A stretch of DNA of 64,000 bases from Azolla caroliniana. Taxonomy: Eukaryota > Plantae > Polypodiophyta. Location: the NCBI GenBank assembly GCA_043228905.1, contig JBHGNT010000005.1, positions 20,398,001 to 20,462,000 of the forward strand, in the 5' to 3' direction. The position numbers were made by a program, and so were the translations under genes. The notes under the pieces are model-generated. The model worked only from the letters and a program-made list of their open reading frames with translations. It was not told the DNA's origin and made no database searches. Below are positions 1 to 15,730 of this stretch, in pieces; position 1 is the stretch's first letter, and each line of letters starts with the position of its first letter.

Positions 1-531
1 TGGTTTTTCTTACCTCTCCTTTCTTCTGCTTCTTGTTTCTAATGGCCTCCACCTATGTTTCTGACTTGTTTTCTCTGTCTTCCTCTCTTAGTATTTTCTT
101 TATAAAAATCATATTTTCCTTTCATTGCCTTCTTTGTTGTTTCTAATGGCCTCTCTCTTGTTTTCCCTTGCTTCATTTTTCTGTATCTTATTTTTGTTTT
201 TGTTTATTCCGTTATCCCCCTTGTTGTAGCCTCTCTTGTTTTTTAAAAAGAGCAAATCCTTTTGGTTTGATTTATTTTCATGAATTTTCTAAATTTTTTA
301 ATTATTTTGAAAAGCTTCTTTTTAATTGATTTATTTAAATGGATTTCCTTGCTTCCAATTTGCGCAAATTGGTTTCCCCCAATTTAGCTGATCTATTTTA
401 ATGATTTTTCTTCTTGTTAATTTGGTTTTCAAATGATTATTTTTCTATTTAGTCAATTTTTATCTCCATGACTTTTTTCTTATTTTAAATCTTCTCCCCA
501 GTTTCACCATTTATCAGGTTTTCCTCTTATA

Positions 532-3085
<2,554 letters not shown>

Positions 3086-3923
3086 AAAATTTAATTGTTA
3101 TATAGTCTCTTTTGAAATGCAAACACAAATGAGATGACGAGCTTTTCTATAGCATTGAAATTGACATTCCCTTTCTTTTTTGTACCGGTGGAGGCTTGTT
3201 CCAATTTTCTCCCTGGTATCAAATAATTTTGTTCGGTCATTAAGACAAAAACTAATTGATTCTGCATGTAAAAATATGCAGTTATGCCTAATGGCACTTG
3301 GAAATAATTGTGGATCTTTTTTGTGCTGCCTTGTGAATTTTCAATGAATCATGCGAGGATTTTTTAGAGGAAAGAAATGGATTTATTGGTCATTTAGTGA
3401 AAGATATAGTGAACAACTTGCCCCATGATACAGGAATAGTAGAGATGGGGGTGATGGTAACATGTATTTTTGTATACCCGGCCCTACCCCTCTCTCAATA
3501 TTTTTTAGTAAAATTGTTGAACATTGAGAGCCACTACTCAAGTTCATATGTACTAATGTAAACATGTTCCATTTTTGGCCCCGTACTTCATATTTGATCT
3601 TTGGAAGCTTATCTATCTCTCTCCCTTTCTTGCATCATATTGTCTCATGTGGACCTATTCTTATCTATTTGTGTGTGTGTCTCTCTGTTTCTCCTTTTTT
3701 TAGATTATGTTTAGTCTCTCTTGTACAATAGTAGTGCTTCTTGATTGTCTTCTTTTTGGTAGTACAGATTGTACCTGTCTTACTATATAGATAATGTAAA
3801 TATTTGGCCTAGGCCACACAAATAATATCATGAAATGATCCTGTCCCACATGCTAATGCATGATCATCAAATGACATGATTCAAGTGGCGATAATGCAAG
3901 GTGGCAAGCATTTATGCGTCTAG

Positions 3924-4075
3924 TAGGGATCGGCAACGGTTCGGTTTAGGTTTAATCAATTTGGCCTTATCCAAGCCAAACCGATTTCTAAACCGGTTAA
4001 GGGGTTAACCAGTTTGGCCTAAACCGTTTCTAAACCTGATAAGCCTAAACTGGTTTGGCCCAAACCAATTAAGCT
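3924..4075 (+). mobile_element. Probable hAT-type DNA transposon/MITE end (single terminus)
   Basis: TAGGGATCGGCAA resembles hAT TIRs (TAGGGATG-type). It is followed by clustered AAACCG/CGGTTT-like subterminal motifs in both orientations. No matching second TIR was found. Confidence 0.4.
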
Positions 4076-4404
4076 CTATATTATAAGGGTTTGTAGTGAT
4101 TCCCCAATATTCTATAAAACTCACAATGCCCAAGTTCATTGACATAAGACTACACTTGAAATAAGATAAAACATTCTATCATGAATAACCGAATCTCCAT
4201 TATGACCTCATTAACCATGACGCAAATAACTTCCAAGCCATGCTTAAATATTGAATCTAGCTTTCATTCAAAAAAAGTGACTCATAACTCAATCCTATTT
4301 GGCCTTATACTTGTCGAAAATTTTGGAAACGACAATACAAACCTTGAGATAGAATAAGTTTGATGTATTCTATTATTTCAAGATATTAAAAAATCCAAAC
4401 TTAT

Positions 4405-4787
4405 TGGGTTTATTTTATGAAGAATAAGTTTGATGTATTCTATTATTTCAAGATATTAAAAAATCAGGTTGAAAAGGAGTCTAATGCAAATATCAAAATA
4501 TTAAGGTCAGATGGCGGGGGAGAATATTTCTCTCTCGAGTTTTCAATTTTTTTGTATGACTGTGGCATTCGTAGGAAATTCACATGTAGGTATACACCCC
4601 AACAAAATGGGGTTGCAAAGAGAAAAAATAGAGTGATTGCTGAAATTGCTAGATGCATGCTAAATGAGACAAATATGCCTCGCTTTTGGGTTGATGCAGT
4701 GTTTATTAAAGTTTACCTCATTAATAGAAGTCCAACTACAAGTGTGCAAATAATAACACTTGAAGAAGCATGGTCTAGTAGAAAACC
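4405..4787 (+). pseudogene. Ty1/copia integrase core fragment
   Basis: ORF 4417: IKILRSDGGGEYFS...YTPQQNGVAKRKNR...YLINRSPT. Cut at 4788 by the LTR of copia A. Confidence 0.9.
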
Positions 4788-4963
4788 TGTTGAGAATCGA
4801 AATCAACTTCCCATTGGAACAATGTTCACACTAGTTAGTGGACAACTTACTAGGATAGATTTGTAATTAGTAGAAAGGGTAGTTGCCCTAGACTAGTTGG
4901 TATTTAAACCAATCTTTTGTAACTGAGTAACTGTTGGATGTAATATACACTTTTCTTGTTTAG

Positions 4964-5006
<43 letters not shown>

Positions 5007-7232
5007 CTTACTGCACTCACATAGACACAATCGCTTCCGTTGCACCAACCACGACTCTCATTCTTCACATGGTATCAGAGCGCGTGGTAGCTTGATCCAA
5101 GCCCTTCGCCCTTACACGTGTTGTGTTCAGGCTCGTATTAAGAGAGAACTAACTGATCGCTATAGCAACGATCTGCACAATTCGCATCAAGAGCAGAAGA
5201 AGTTTGACAATGAACACTCAAACGGGAAGCGCTCTTCCCATTGAGAAGGCTTTCGATAGAACAAACTTTGCATCTTGGGAGTACAAGATGCATCGGTACC
5301 TTGTTGGACAAGGTTACTGGAGCTACATCGAGGGAGGTCACGAAACGCAACCCAACCCGACACACGCCGACTACCTAGCATGGGAGCAGGCCGTGAGCCG
5401 TGTGCTGTACTACCTTGTGTCATGTGTTCATGACCACATGCTCGGCTTTATTCAAGATTCGAAAACGCCGAAAGAAACTTGGGGAAATCTCAAGAAGATT
5501 TTTGCGGCCAATACGGTTGCACAAAAACTCCACCTTTGACAGGAGCTAAACAACATGCAATAGAGGGACATGTCGATCACCGGCTATACCTTGAAGATCA
5601 AGGAGTTGTGTGATGCCCTTGGTTCGATTATTTTCATCATCGACGATGACGAAATGGTGCAAATATGCCGCGACAGCTTGGCACCTCAATTTGGCACGAT
5701 TAGATCAGCCATTCTTGCGAGGGAGAACCCTCCCTCATTTTTCAACCTTCAATTGATTCTTTTGGTCGAAGAAAATCACGTTCGACAAAGGAACAATGTG
5801 CATGATGGTCACATCCTCTACTCCCAATTGGATGAGGGAAGAGGATTTGGCCGTGGAAATAGAGGTCGGTTCGGACGAGGTCGACATGGTCGATCGACCC
5901 AAGAGTGTAACTCACACCAATGGCAAGAGGACAGGAACAATCCCAGAGAGTTCGATAGAAGGGGGAGCCATCCCGCAGGGCCGAGAAATCGTAACAAATT
6001 GATCGAATGCGGGTACTGTGGAAAACTTGGTCACTATGAAGAGGAGTGCTGAAAGAAGAAGCGAGAGTTGGCCTCGAACAACCGACAACTCATGAACTAC
6101 GCTTCGAATTCCGACTATGACGATCGTGGCGGGATGTTCGTAATGAGGCATGAAGCACATTCGATGTCGGCACAGACCCCGACTAGCACCTCTTCCTCAG
6201 ACAATGTATGGTTTTTTGACTCGGGAGCATCCAATCACATGAAGATTGGTTCCGAGAATTAGGAAAGCCCGATCGACTTGACTATGTCGGAACTGAAGAT
6301 GATATGACTTATCCATTTCGGCTTGTCGGAAATGTTCCATTCGGAAATGACGGCAAACAAACCTACCTCAATAACGTCTTGCATGTTCCAAGCATCATGA
6401 AAAACCTGGTCTCGGTAGGCCAGATTGTCGAACAAGGCATGCAAGTACGATTCAACAACGAAGGGTGCTTCATTGAAAGAGATGATCGACTCATAGCTCA
6501 CGGTCACCGAGAAGGCCGAATGTTCATCCTCGAATTAGAGGAGGTGAAGTCGGCTATGTTCACAAAAGGCCTCAAAGTTGAAACATACTTGAAACTGTGG
6601 CACAAGAGAATCGGCCACAACAATCTTTAAAAGCTCCAGAACATGCAGTCGAAAGGAGTCGTAATCGGACTCCTGACATTTACCGAGAAAGAGATTACGG
6701 GCATATGCGAGGCGTGCCAATTCGGAAAACAACACCGACATCCATTCCTGAAAGAGCGGAATGTGAGTAAAGGGATCCTGGATGTAGTACATTAAGATAT
6801 GTGGGGACCAGCCTAGACGGCAACATTCGGAGGTTTCCGCTACTATGTCACGTTCATCGACAACTTCTCCAGGCACACCTGGATCTACCCTATGCGGCAG
6901 AAGAGTGAAGTGTTCGGACATCTCCAAAAGTTTAAAAATGAAGTCGAAAAAGTGACGGGTCGGTACGTACAATGCCTTCGATCAGATGGAGGCAAGGAGT
7001 ATTTCTCGGACGAATTTACGGCGTATATCCGAAAGGAAGGAATTCGACGAGAATTCTCGTGTAGACATACACCTCAACAAAATGGTGTAGCCGAACGGAA
7101 GAATCGGCACATAGTAGAGGTTACACGGGCAATTATGAATGAGAAGAACATGCTGAAATCATATTGGGCAAAAGTGGCGAACACGGCCATATATCTCATG
7201 AACAGGTGTACAAACTCTGGGCTACACGATGT
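4788..7232 (+). mobile_element. Ty1/copia element A (5' LTR 4788-5069, PBS, gag-PR-IN), 3'-truncated
   Basis: LTR TGTTG..CA containing a (CT)n tract; PBS TGGTATCAGAGC 5070-5081; gag WEYKMHRYLVGQGYW; zinc knuckle CGYCGKLGHYEEEC; protease WFFDSGASNHM; LWHKRIGH; IN RSDGGKEY/TPQQNGVAERKNR. Several stops. Ends at the TrpG insertion at 7233. Confidence 0.93.
5070..5081 (+). promoter_or_regulatory. Primer binding site, initiator tRNA-Met
   Basis: TGGTATCAGAGC immediately after the LTR-terminal CA. Confidence 0.9.
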
Positions 7233-10200
7233 TGTTGTGATGTTGCACGTCCAGTGAGAGAAAAAGTGAAAAAGTGTGGTTCCACGCACATTACACAAAT
7301 ACTTGTAAAAATGAAAATAAATCAATAATCCTAAGGCCTAATGGCATTGAGTGCGTATAGAGGGGTGTAAGTAAGATTTGAACCTTGCACCTCCAAGATA
7401 GGAAGCAATTAGCTTACCACTAAAGCTACTACTAAATGCTTTAGATTTTGTATCTTTCCTTGTCATATTCTGTATTCCATGGGAAACAAACGTACAAAAC
7501 CGTGTGCACAAAACCATGGATTTAAGCCCATGGTTTTATGCATGTCATAAGCAAAACCGTGTGCACAAAACCATGGTTTTAGCCGATGGTTTTGTGCATG
7601 TCACAAGCATGCAGAGACCTATAAAAGCCTCTAGTTGGGCTTGTGTAAGGGGGGTCAATTTGGAGATCATAATCATCATCATCATCAATAATAATAATAT
7701 AATACTTTTCTTATTCTTCTTCTTGACATCTACCTTCTTCTCAAGTATAAAAATCTTCGATCTTCTCATGTGTGACATTAGTTTCCTCGACTCATACATA
7801 CACATCATCATCTTTTCGACAATTTCGTGAACGTCCTCCCCGGTCCAAGACCCCGATGGTCCTGCTCAAGTGAAGCACGCATGCATGCGCATCTTCGCGA
7901 CATCATTTGGTGAACCCGGCATGAAGAGAGACAAAGGAGGATGAAGATGGACGAGGAAGCTCTATTGGAGGCATACGGATACGATCAATAATAATAATAT
8001 AATACTCTTCTTATTCTTCTTCTTGACATCTACCTTCTTCTCAAGTATAAAAATCTTCGATCTTCTCACGTGTGACATTAGTTTCCTCGACTCATACATA
8101 CACATCATCATCTTTTCGACAATTTCGTGAACGTCCTCCCCGGTCCAAGACCCCGATGGTCCTGCTCAAGTGAAGCACGCATGCATGCGCATCTTCGCGA
8201 CATCATTTGGTGAACCCGGCGTGAAGAGAGACAAAGGAGGATGAAGATGGACGAGGAAGCTCTATTGGAGGCATACGGATACGAGAAACTGAAGGGACGA
8301 GGTTGGCACGAGTTCGACCAATGGGTATCATCAATGAAGACCCACCAAAGTGCCATGCATTCTTTCCTAGAGTTTGAGCATTGTTTTGCTCAACTCTCAG
8401 AGTGGGAACAAACATTGGTGGGGGTGGATAAGGTCCTATTGTTCGTGAAGTCAATCGATTGGAAGGCAATTGGAATCAATCTTGAGGACGATGATGGAGC
8501 AAATGGCCTCACCGAGAATTGGGCCGAAGTCAAAAGAGTATGCCGACAACATGACAAGAGGAAGATGGGAATGTCGACAATGTCATGACCCATGAGGGAC
8601 GATTGAAGGAGGACGAGATGTGGCAACGTGCCACCACCGAAGGAAGAAAGCTCAAAGAGGGAAGGCTCGAGAATACTTGACATAGAAGTCTTTATGAGAG
8701 AGGCATTTGAGAACTTAAAGTCACAAGTCAAAGCTGAAGAGAAGCTTAAAATGGAGCCCTAATCGAGGCGAATGATGATTGAGGAAGAAGAGACCTCCCA
8801 ACAAAGGTGGGTTAATGAAGTGGTCGATACAAAAGCTCATGTTTGGTATGATAGCACCAAGAGAGAAGGTGCGCAACAAGTCGCCTTCTCTTATTGTGGA
8901 GAAACTATGGTCGAGCATAAGGTCGAAGACTCAAGAGTGCAGAACGCCGCTTTGAGAGTGGACGAGCATTTCGGAACATACGTTGTGTCCAAAATATCGA
9001 GTGATGAAGGTGCAAGCATGAGCAAAGCTTGCCTGATCAAGGGAGATGAAGAGTGTGAGGCCGACGTGGTTGAGGCGGTAGCCATGAGAAACGACATCGA
9101 GTCGAAGATGGCTATGCACGAGTCCATGGTGGATGACCGTGTCGAGACTTTCCTAACACTTGATCTAGAGACTTGGGCAATTGCGTTTGAGAGCCAACAT
9201 GAGACCCAAGAGACGGAAAGTGGTGGGGAAGCAAAGATTGAATCCAATGCAAATAACAACGTTGAGGGAAAGATGTCTATGGATGAGTCGATAGTGACCG
9301 ATGGTGCCGAGGTTCTCCCCACAATTGTTCCTGAGACTTCGACAGTTGTGCCCGAGTGTCAACGTGAGACCGGCGAGATGGAAGGTGGTGGTAGGAAATC
9401 GAAGGACCGAAATGGCAATGAGGAGGATGACCATAGATGAAGGGATCCCTCCACACCGGTTCCGAGACTTCGGCAGTTGTGCCCGAGAGCCAACATATAA
9501 CCGGAGAAATGGAAGGTGGCGGCGAGGAGATGAGGATCGAAGCTAGCGCATACGGAGGAACGATGGCCAACAAGGAGGCCAAAAACAAAGCTACAATAGA
9601 GTTCGATGAAGAGCTAGAGAGAGGCAAGAAAGGAAGAACCAGAATACAATCTGGATGGAAGATGACGCTGTTGGTATTCCGACTCGAACGAGAGTTGATC
9701 ATCTCGGCCCGACCCAACCGAAAACTGGACGGAAACGGACCCAGACAGAAGTCGATCGGCGAAATGCGAATCCAGACGAAGGCGGACCAAGTCAGTAGCT
9801 AATTGGTTGAGACCGATCTAGACAAAAGTTGAGCCGACCTAGCCGGAGGTCAAAGCAGACGAGCCGTGACACCCAGTCGAGGCTAGTGAGCATAAGGAAA
9901 GGCAAGCATGAGACGAGAAAGGATGATAAAGGAAAGTTAGGTGACCAAGGAGATGGCCAAGATGAAGGTGGCACATGCACGAGGCATGAAGAGTTATGCT
10001 CGGGAGGAGCAAAGGGAGCCATGACAACCAAACATGGAAATGCAAAGGGTGAGCAAATGATATGGTGGATCGGATGGCAACGACGGTTTGGGTAGAAACA
10101 AGAGACATGTTTGAAGTAAAGGACAAAAAGACGGCGCGGGCGAGGCGCAAGAAATGAGGAAATCAAAGACCAACCACCTTTGACCCTGCCACATCACTCT

Positions 10201-10311
10201 TTTCTTCGTGGCACATACCGGAGGATGTGCGGTTTGGTGGGGGTTGATGTTGTGATGTTGCACGTCCAGTGGGAGAAAAAGTGAAAAAGTGTAGTTCCAC
10301 ACACATTACAC
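7233..10311 (+). mobile_element. Non-autonomous Gag-only LTR element, TrpG copy 1 (3' LTR lost into a microsatellite)
   Basis: 5' LTR TGTTGTGATG..CGCGACA (7233-7902); PBS TGGTGAACCCGGC at 7908 and 8208; gag-like ORF 8241-8588 and acidic repeat ORFs 8772-9802; PPT-like GGTTTGGTGGGGGTTGA; 3' LTR start at 10248 matches 7233 for about 64 bp. No RT, RH or IN motifs. Confidence 0.85.
7685..8284 (+). repeat. Near-perfect 300-bp tandem duplication (LTR end + PBS + gag start)
   Basis: 7685-7984 repeats at 7985-8284 with exact 300-nt offset and about 3 substitutions. Confidence 0.95.
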
Positions 10312-11318
10312 ATACACATACGTACATATATACATACACATACATAAATATTACGAACAAACATCCACACACTCATGTATGCATATATGCATACACTATT
10401 ACACATACAAACATACATACATTACATATATACACATATGTACATTCATACATGTGCATAGATACATTGCATATTCATAGATTATAATCACACATTCATA
10501 TACATTGAGTCATGTACATTGACATATGCATACATACATACATACGTACATACATTACATTACATATGCATACACATATGTACATTCATACATGGACATA
10601 CCTATAGGCTATGTTCATTTATACATTGCTACATATAAATACATTAGATATATACATAAATTACATATTACAATCACACATCCATACACACCGAATCATA
10701 TACATTGACATATGGATATATGCATACACATACATACATACATACATACATACATACATACATTACATATGCATATACATATGTACATTCGTACATGAAC
10801 ATACATATATTGCTACACGTATATACGTACATATGCCTACCATGACACATATAAATTTTACAAACATACATCCATACACATACATACATATATTCATTCA
10901 TACATTGCTACCCATATATATGTACATATGCCTACAATAATACACATATAAATTTTACAAACATACATCCATACACATCCATACATTTATACAGTACATA
11001 CACAACATACATACATATATTACATTCATACATTACATATGTGCATACATATTCCACATGTCACCATATATATAGGTCATACAGGGTCATACAAACTACA
11101 ATATGTACATAGATTCACATGCAATTCAATACATACACACATCCCATATATACAATTAATACAATACAATATGTACATACAAATGCATACATAACACATA
11201 CATATATATGCATGCAATACAATACATATGCACATATATAGAACATACACACGCACATAACACATATACATGTCATACGCACACATGTTGTACATACAAT
11301 AGCCCACGTATAGAACAT

Positions 11319-11360
<42 letters not shown>

Positions 11361-11785
11361 ATATAACACATACATACACATGCAATACAATGCACACATA
11401 TGCATATACATAGAACATACACACAAACACATAACACATACCCTACATACTCACATGCTAGACACACACACAATACGTACAATACAATATATACACACAC
11501 GCCATATATACGATATAATACAATACAATATGTAGATACATACATATATACACATGCACATATAATACATACACATCACACACACACATAACATATATAT
11601 ACATGTACATACACACATGCCATACATATAATACATACAATACACACATATGCATATATATAGAACATTCTACATACACACACATAATATCACATACTTA
11701 CATATGCACATGCCATACATACAACACATGGAATACAATACATGCATATATGCACATGTATAGATCACGCAAGAGCGCGCACACA

Positions 11786-11853
<68 letters not shown>

Positions 11854-11925
11854 GAATATACATATCCACAACCATAAACATACACACGTGTATAGAACAT
11901 ACATACATAAACATGCTACAACACT
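10300..11925. repeat. About 1.6-kb compound (ATAC)n/(CA)n/(TA)n low-complexity array
   Basis: G-poor alternating purine-pyrimidine sequence, with pure (CA)n runs near 11322-11357 and 11787-11850. Confidence 0.95.
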
Positions 11926-12156
11926 TTTTTTAAAACATTAATTGGTTTAAAAAATGGGGCAAGAAAAGGGGGGAGATTACATATGTTTGTGTTTTAGTAA
12001 ACAAGTGGGGGGAAAAGAAAGGGGGAGTGAGAGAGACAGAGACAGAGAAAAAGGGGCTATGGGGGTAAAAGAGAGTGTGAGAGAGCGCTAAATCTAAAGG
12101 AAGGGGATTGCAAGAACAAGAAAACAGAAAGAAACAAAGTAAAGGTATTGGAGATC

Positions 12157-12883
12157 ATGGCTATGGCGGCACATCTCTCTCCTTCCCCCTCCTCTTCCAA
12201 CCAATTGCAAAATCAAAAAGATCCCCTTGCGTTACCGCTCATAGAAGTTATTTCTTGTCCTCCTCCTTCACGGCTTCGTTGAGACATCACACGACTAGGT
12301 CTTCAAGTATTGATAAAAAACTACCATCTTAGGTCAGTCTTCTCCCTCTCTTCCATGGTCTCGTATCAGTAAGAAATGGGTTATGGTTAAAGGACGGAAG
12401 AAGGAGAGCATAGATGATCATCAACACAATCAGAGCATTTTCAAGGAATGGAGGTTTGAATGGTGGCCGTACACTTGCCATAGATAGAGTGTTATCAACA
12501 ATAGGATATTTCCTTCCAATTCTCAATGGGGTGCAATACGACAATTTCCTCCTCTGTCTCTACTCGAGCATCCCATATGCAAATTTTGTGATTTTTTTCA
12601 CAATTTACCTTGCTCTTGTCAAAAATCCCAGCTTTCCGAGGTATGTTAGGTTCAATGCAATGCAAGCATGTGTCTTGGATGTTCTTATTGTTATCCCTCT
12701 CATCGTTTAGAGGATCCTCATCCCAAAGAGTGGATTCGGTTTTGATCTTCTCATCTTGTTCTACTATGTTGTCTTTGTTTCGCTTCTTCTGACTATATGG
12801 TTTTCAGAATTGTTTATTGCATTCTCGGAAAAATTCTTCAAATTCCTTTTGTGGCCGATGTTGTGGATAACCAACTCTTCTAA
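12157..12883 (+). pseudogene. TIC20: Tic20-II/Ycf60-family chloroplast import component pseudogene
   Basis: DRVLSTIGYFLPILNGVQY..SIPYANFVIFFTIYLALVKNPSFPRYVRFNAMQACVLDVLIVIP and C-terminus ILGKILQIPFVADVVDNQLF*. Lesions: premature TAG 12708-12710, frame breaks in the N-terminal region and near 12790, and an apparent deletion of about 17 codons after FLLCL. Confidence 0.85.
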
Positions 12884-13272
12884 AGCTTAAATAGAGTGTC
12901 TAATAGATAAAGGAACTAGGTTTTCGAAAGAAAGGGGAGATGTATTAATGTCTCTTAGAGAGAGAGTGAAAGCAAATGGAAGCAACAAAAGTGTATTAAT
13001 ATCTCTTAAAGAGAGAGTCACGGCAATATTTAATGTTACCTTCCTTTTATGTAGCTCATCATCTATGTATTATATCAGTTTTAAACCATTTCCGCATGTG
13101 TGCATGTGTGTATGAGTATTTACATATGCATGGTTGTGTTTGTATACATGTATGAATGCATGCACACATGCATTTGCAACATTTCCTCTCATGTTTTTTT
13201 CCATGTTAATCTGTGTATTTGCTATCATCATTTCATAGGCAAGAAGAGCTCTTTTCTTCTTGAGAAGCCTCG

Positions 13273-13407
13273 TGGGGAGCTCATGGTTGTGGTGCGTTCT
13301 CTAGGAAGGACCCTACCAAGGTCGATTGGAGTGGAGCTTACATTGTGACACAAGCTGCGGAGAGTATTGTCACAGTAGGACTTGCTCGTCATTGCATTGT
13401 CCGGGTA
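13273..13407 (+). pseudogene. S-adenosylmethionine synthetase (MAT/SAMS) gene fragment
   Basis: Translates as [45 protein letters not shown], a degenerate copy of the conserved [44 protein letters not shown]. Confidence 0.88.
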
Positions 13408-15574
13408 TGTATTTGTCTTGTGACCATGGTGGATGTTGTGCCTTGTTCTTCACTCATTATGGCATATTTTCTTCTTTTTCATGCAAATAAAGTCATGAGA
13501 AAAGAATGAACATTGTTCTTCTTAGGAGCTTAGTAGAAATCATGTTTGGTTGTGCATATTGCTTTAGGAATGTATAATAGTACTATAGCTTTATGTATTC
13601 ATTGTGTTTCCTTTTTATTCTTCAAATTAAATGGAAATGACAAGAAATATATTTTATTTAGGAAACCAATTATTTCCGACCTGGGATGATGGCTATCCAC
13701 CTCAAACTTTGCAGAGGTGGAAACAAACATTACCAAAAGATTGTGAATCATGCATTTCTTCCTATGTCTGTCTTTTGTTCTATCAGTATGCTTGGTCTTC
13801 ATTCCTATGAATTGCATAAACTTTGAAACTTCCAAATCCTAAAGCTTTGGACTAAATTTGTATGTCCTAGTTTGCTCCTCTTATACGTGTTATATTCATC
13901 ATGTAAGTCATGGTAATTAGATTAAATATTTATCAATGTTTTGGGCACATAATTCATGTTTCACTTTCAATTATACATCAACTAGTATTGCTTCTCAACT
14001 GTATACAATGCACATGTTGCTTACCAAAATGTGTTTACTTTTAAACTCTTGTATGCTCAATATAGTAATTAAATATAGAGCAATTTAAAGCCCATAATAG
14101 GTAGATTGTTGCTTAGACTAACGGATATGTAACAATCGGAAGGTCACATTTGTAAAGTAGTAGGAAAATGAAGAACACTTCATTAGTATTTTAAATATGG
14201 AGAGGATACCTAGTGAGGTGGTCTACTGATTACAAATATTAAACATATTTAAGCTTCTGAGTGGCTGTTGTAAAAGGGGAAGATAGTCTAGTTGATTGAT
14301 AAATGAATAATTGTATGTGTTGTAATATAAAACTATTTCCATTACTTTCATCTAGTCTAATGAATATTGTTTCTTTGAAACACCATTTGAACCTTAGGTG
14401 TAATGGTGATTTGATTTGAAACATGTTTCATTATTATTGCAAGTTGGTTTTGCATGTGTTTGTTTGTTGCAAACTATGTAATTTGAGGAAAAGGTGTACG
14501 AGAAGGGGATATTGTATTGCCAATAGTGTAATTGATATGTATCATGTAAGTCAAATGTGGCTAGATCCATGTAGCACATATATTGTTTGATAAGCTTCAC
14601 ATATTGAATAATCATATATTAATCTCTTCCTCATTGAAATATGTTGGGATGTGAGAAATGATTGAGCATTTGAAGGGACTTCTTGCAATGGAGTATTCAT
14701 GATGATTGTTGATGATATTTCATAAAGTTTAAATAGAGAATAGCTATTAAACCAAATAATGAACTCTTGAGTCTTTATTAGTAAAACAATCCTTACCACT
14801 TTAGTAAACCCTAAACCTTAGGTTCAATGCAAAATTTGGTTCATGTTTGTAGCTTCCCATGTTATTTGTTTCTATCCCTTCTTGAAATATAGACATGCAA
14901 GAATCAATTGCTTGTTGCTAGAATCCCATGGTATCCCCAAGTCTCTCCTATCATAACATTCCCTTCCCTTAAGTTAAGTCGAGCCACTTCCCTTAAGTCC
15001 TTCAAAATTCAATTAATCTTTTCTATGTGTGTGTGCCGACAACTACAAACTTGTGATGAAAAAAAATGAACACATTTAATAATTAAGATGTTGAATTCAA
15101 CAACGTTATTAGTGCCCCTTAAATGTAAATGAAGTGTAAAGGGACTTCATACCCTGAAGCCAAATGTTGAAACCCTAAAAAAGAAAGAAGTTGAAGAAGA
15201 AGTAAACGTAAAAGACCCCAAAATTGACCAATAAGGAAAGCGAACCCTCTTCTCACTAAGAGGGAACAAAGATTCAAACTTTAAACCCATTGAATCTAAG
15301 GAATGGCTCTAATCACTAAGCCATTTACTTTTAGCATTCTTTCAATTTATCACTTCCTTACTTGTAACTTGCTTGCCTTGAGATAGTCGGGTACTTTATT
15401 TGAGTCGAGTGACTTGTTAGGTGACTGCCTTTGAGTCAGGTGACCAAAAACAAGATTTTTTGATGACACTTTTTTATCCAAATCAAACATGCCCTAAGTT
15501 GGGCAACTTGTATTGTCCATGGAACGACTCTCTTGTAGGCCTCTTTATGATTTAGGTGCAAATAAACACAAGCC

Positions 15575-15730
15575 ACTACACACATACACATAACATATAG
15601 ACACATGCCATACATGTAAGATATACAACACATAAATAAATAAACATGGAATACAATGCAATACATACATATGAACACACACACACACACACACACACAC
15701 ATACGTACACATGTATAAAACATACATGTG
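15575..15730. repeat. (CA)n/(ATAC)n microsatellite
   Basis: Same composition as the 10.3-11.9 kb array. Confidence 0.85.

Noticed and set aside
10163-11941. His/Thr/Tyr- and Cys/Val-rich ORFs
   Set aside because: Translation artefacts of the CA/ATAC microsatellite.
12708-12710. Tic20 stop codon rescued by U-to-C RNA editing
   Set aside because: Such editing is organellar. The locus is nuclear and also has frame breaks and a deletion.
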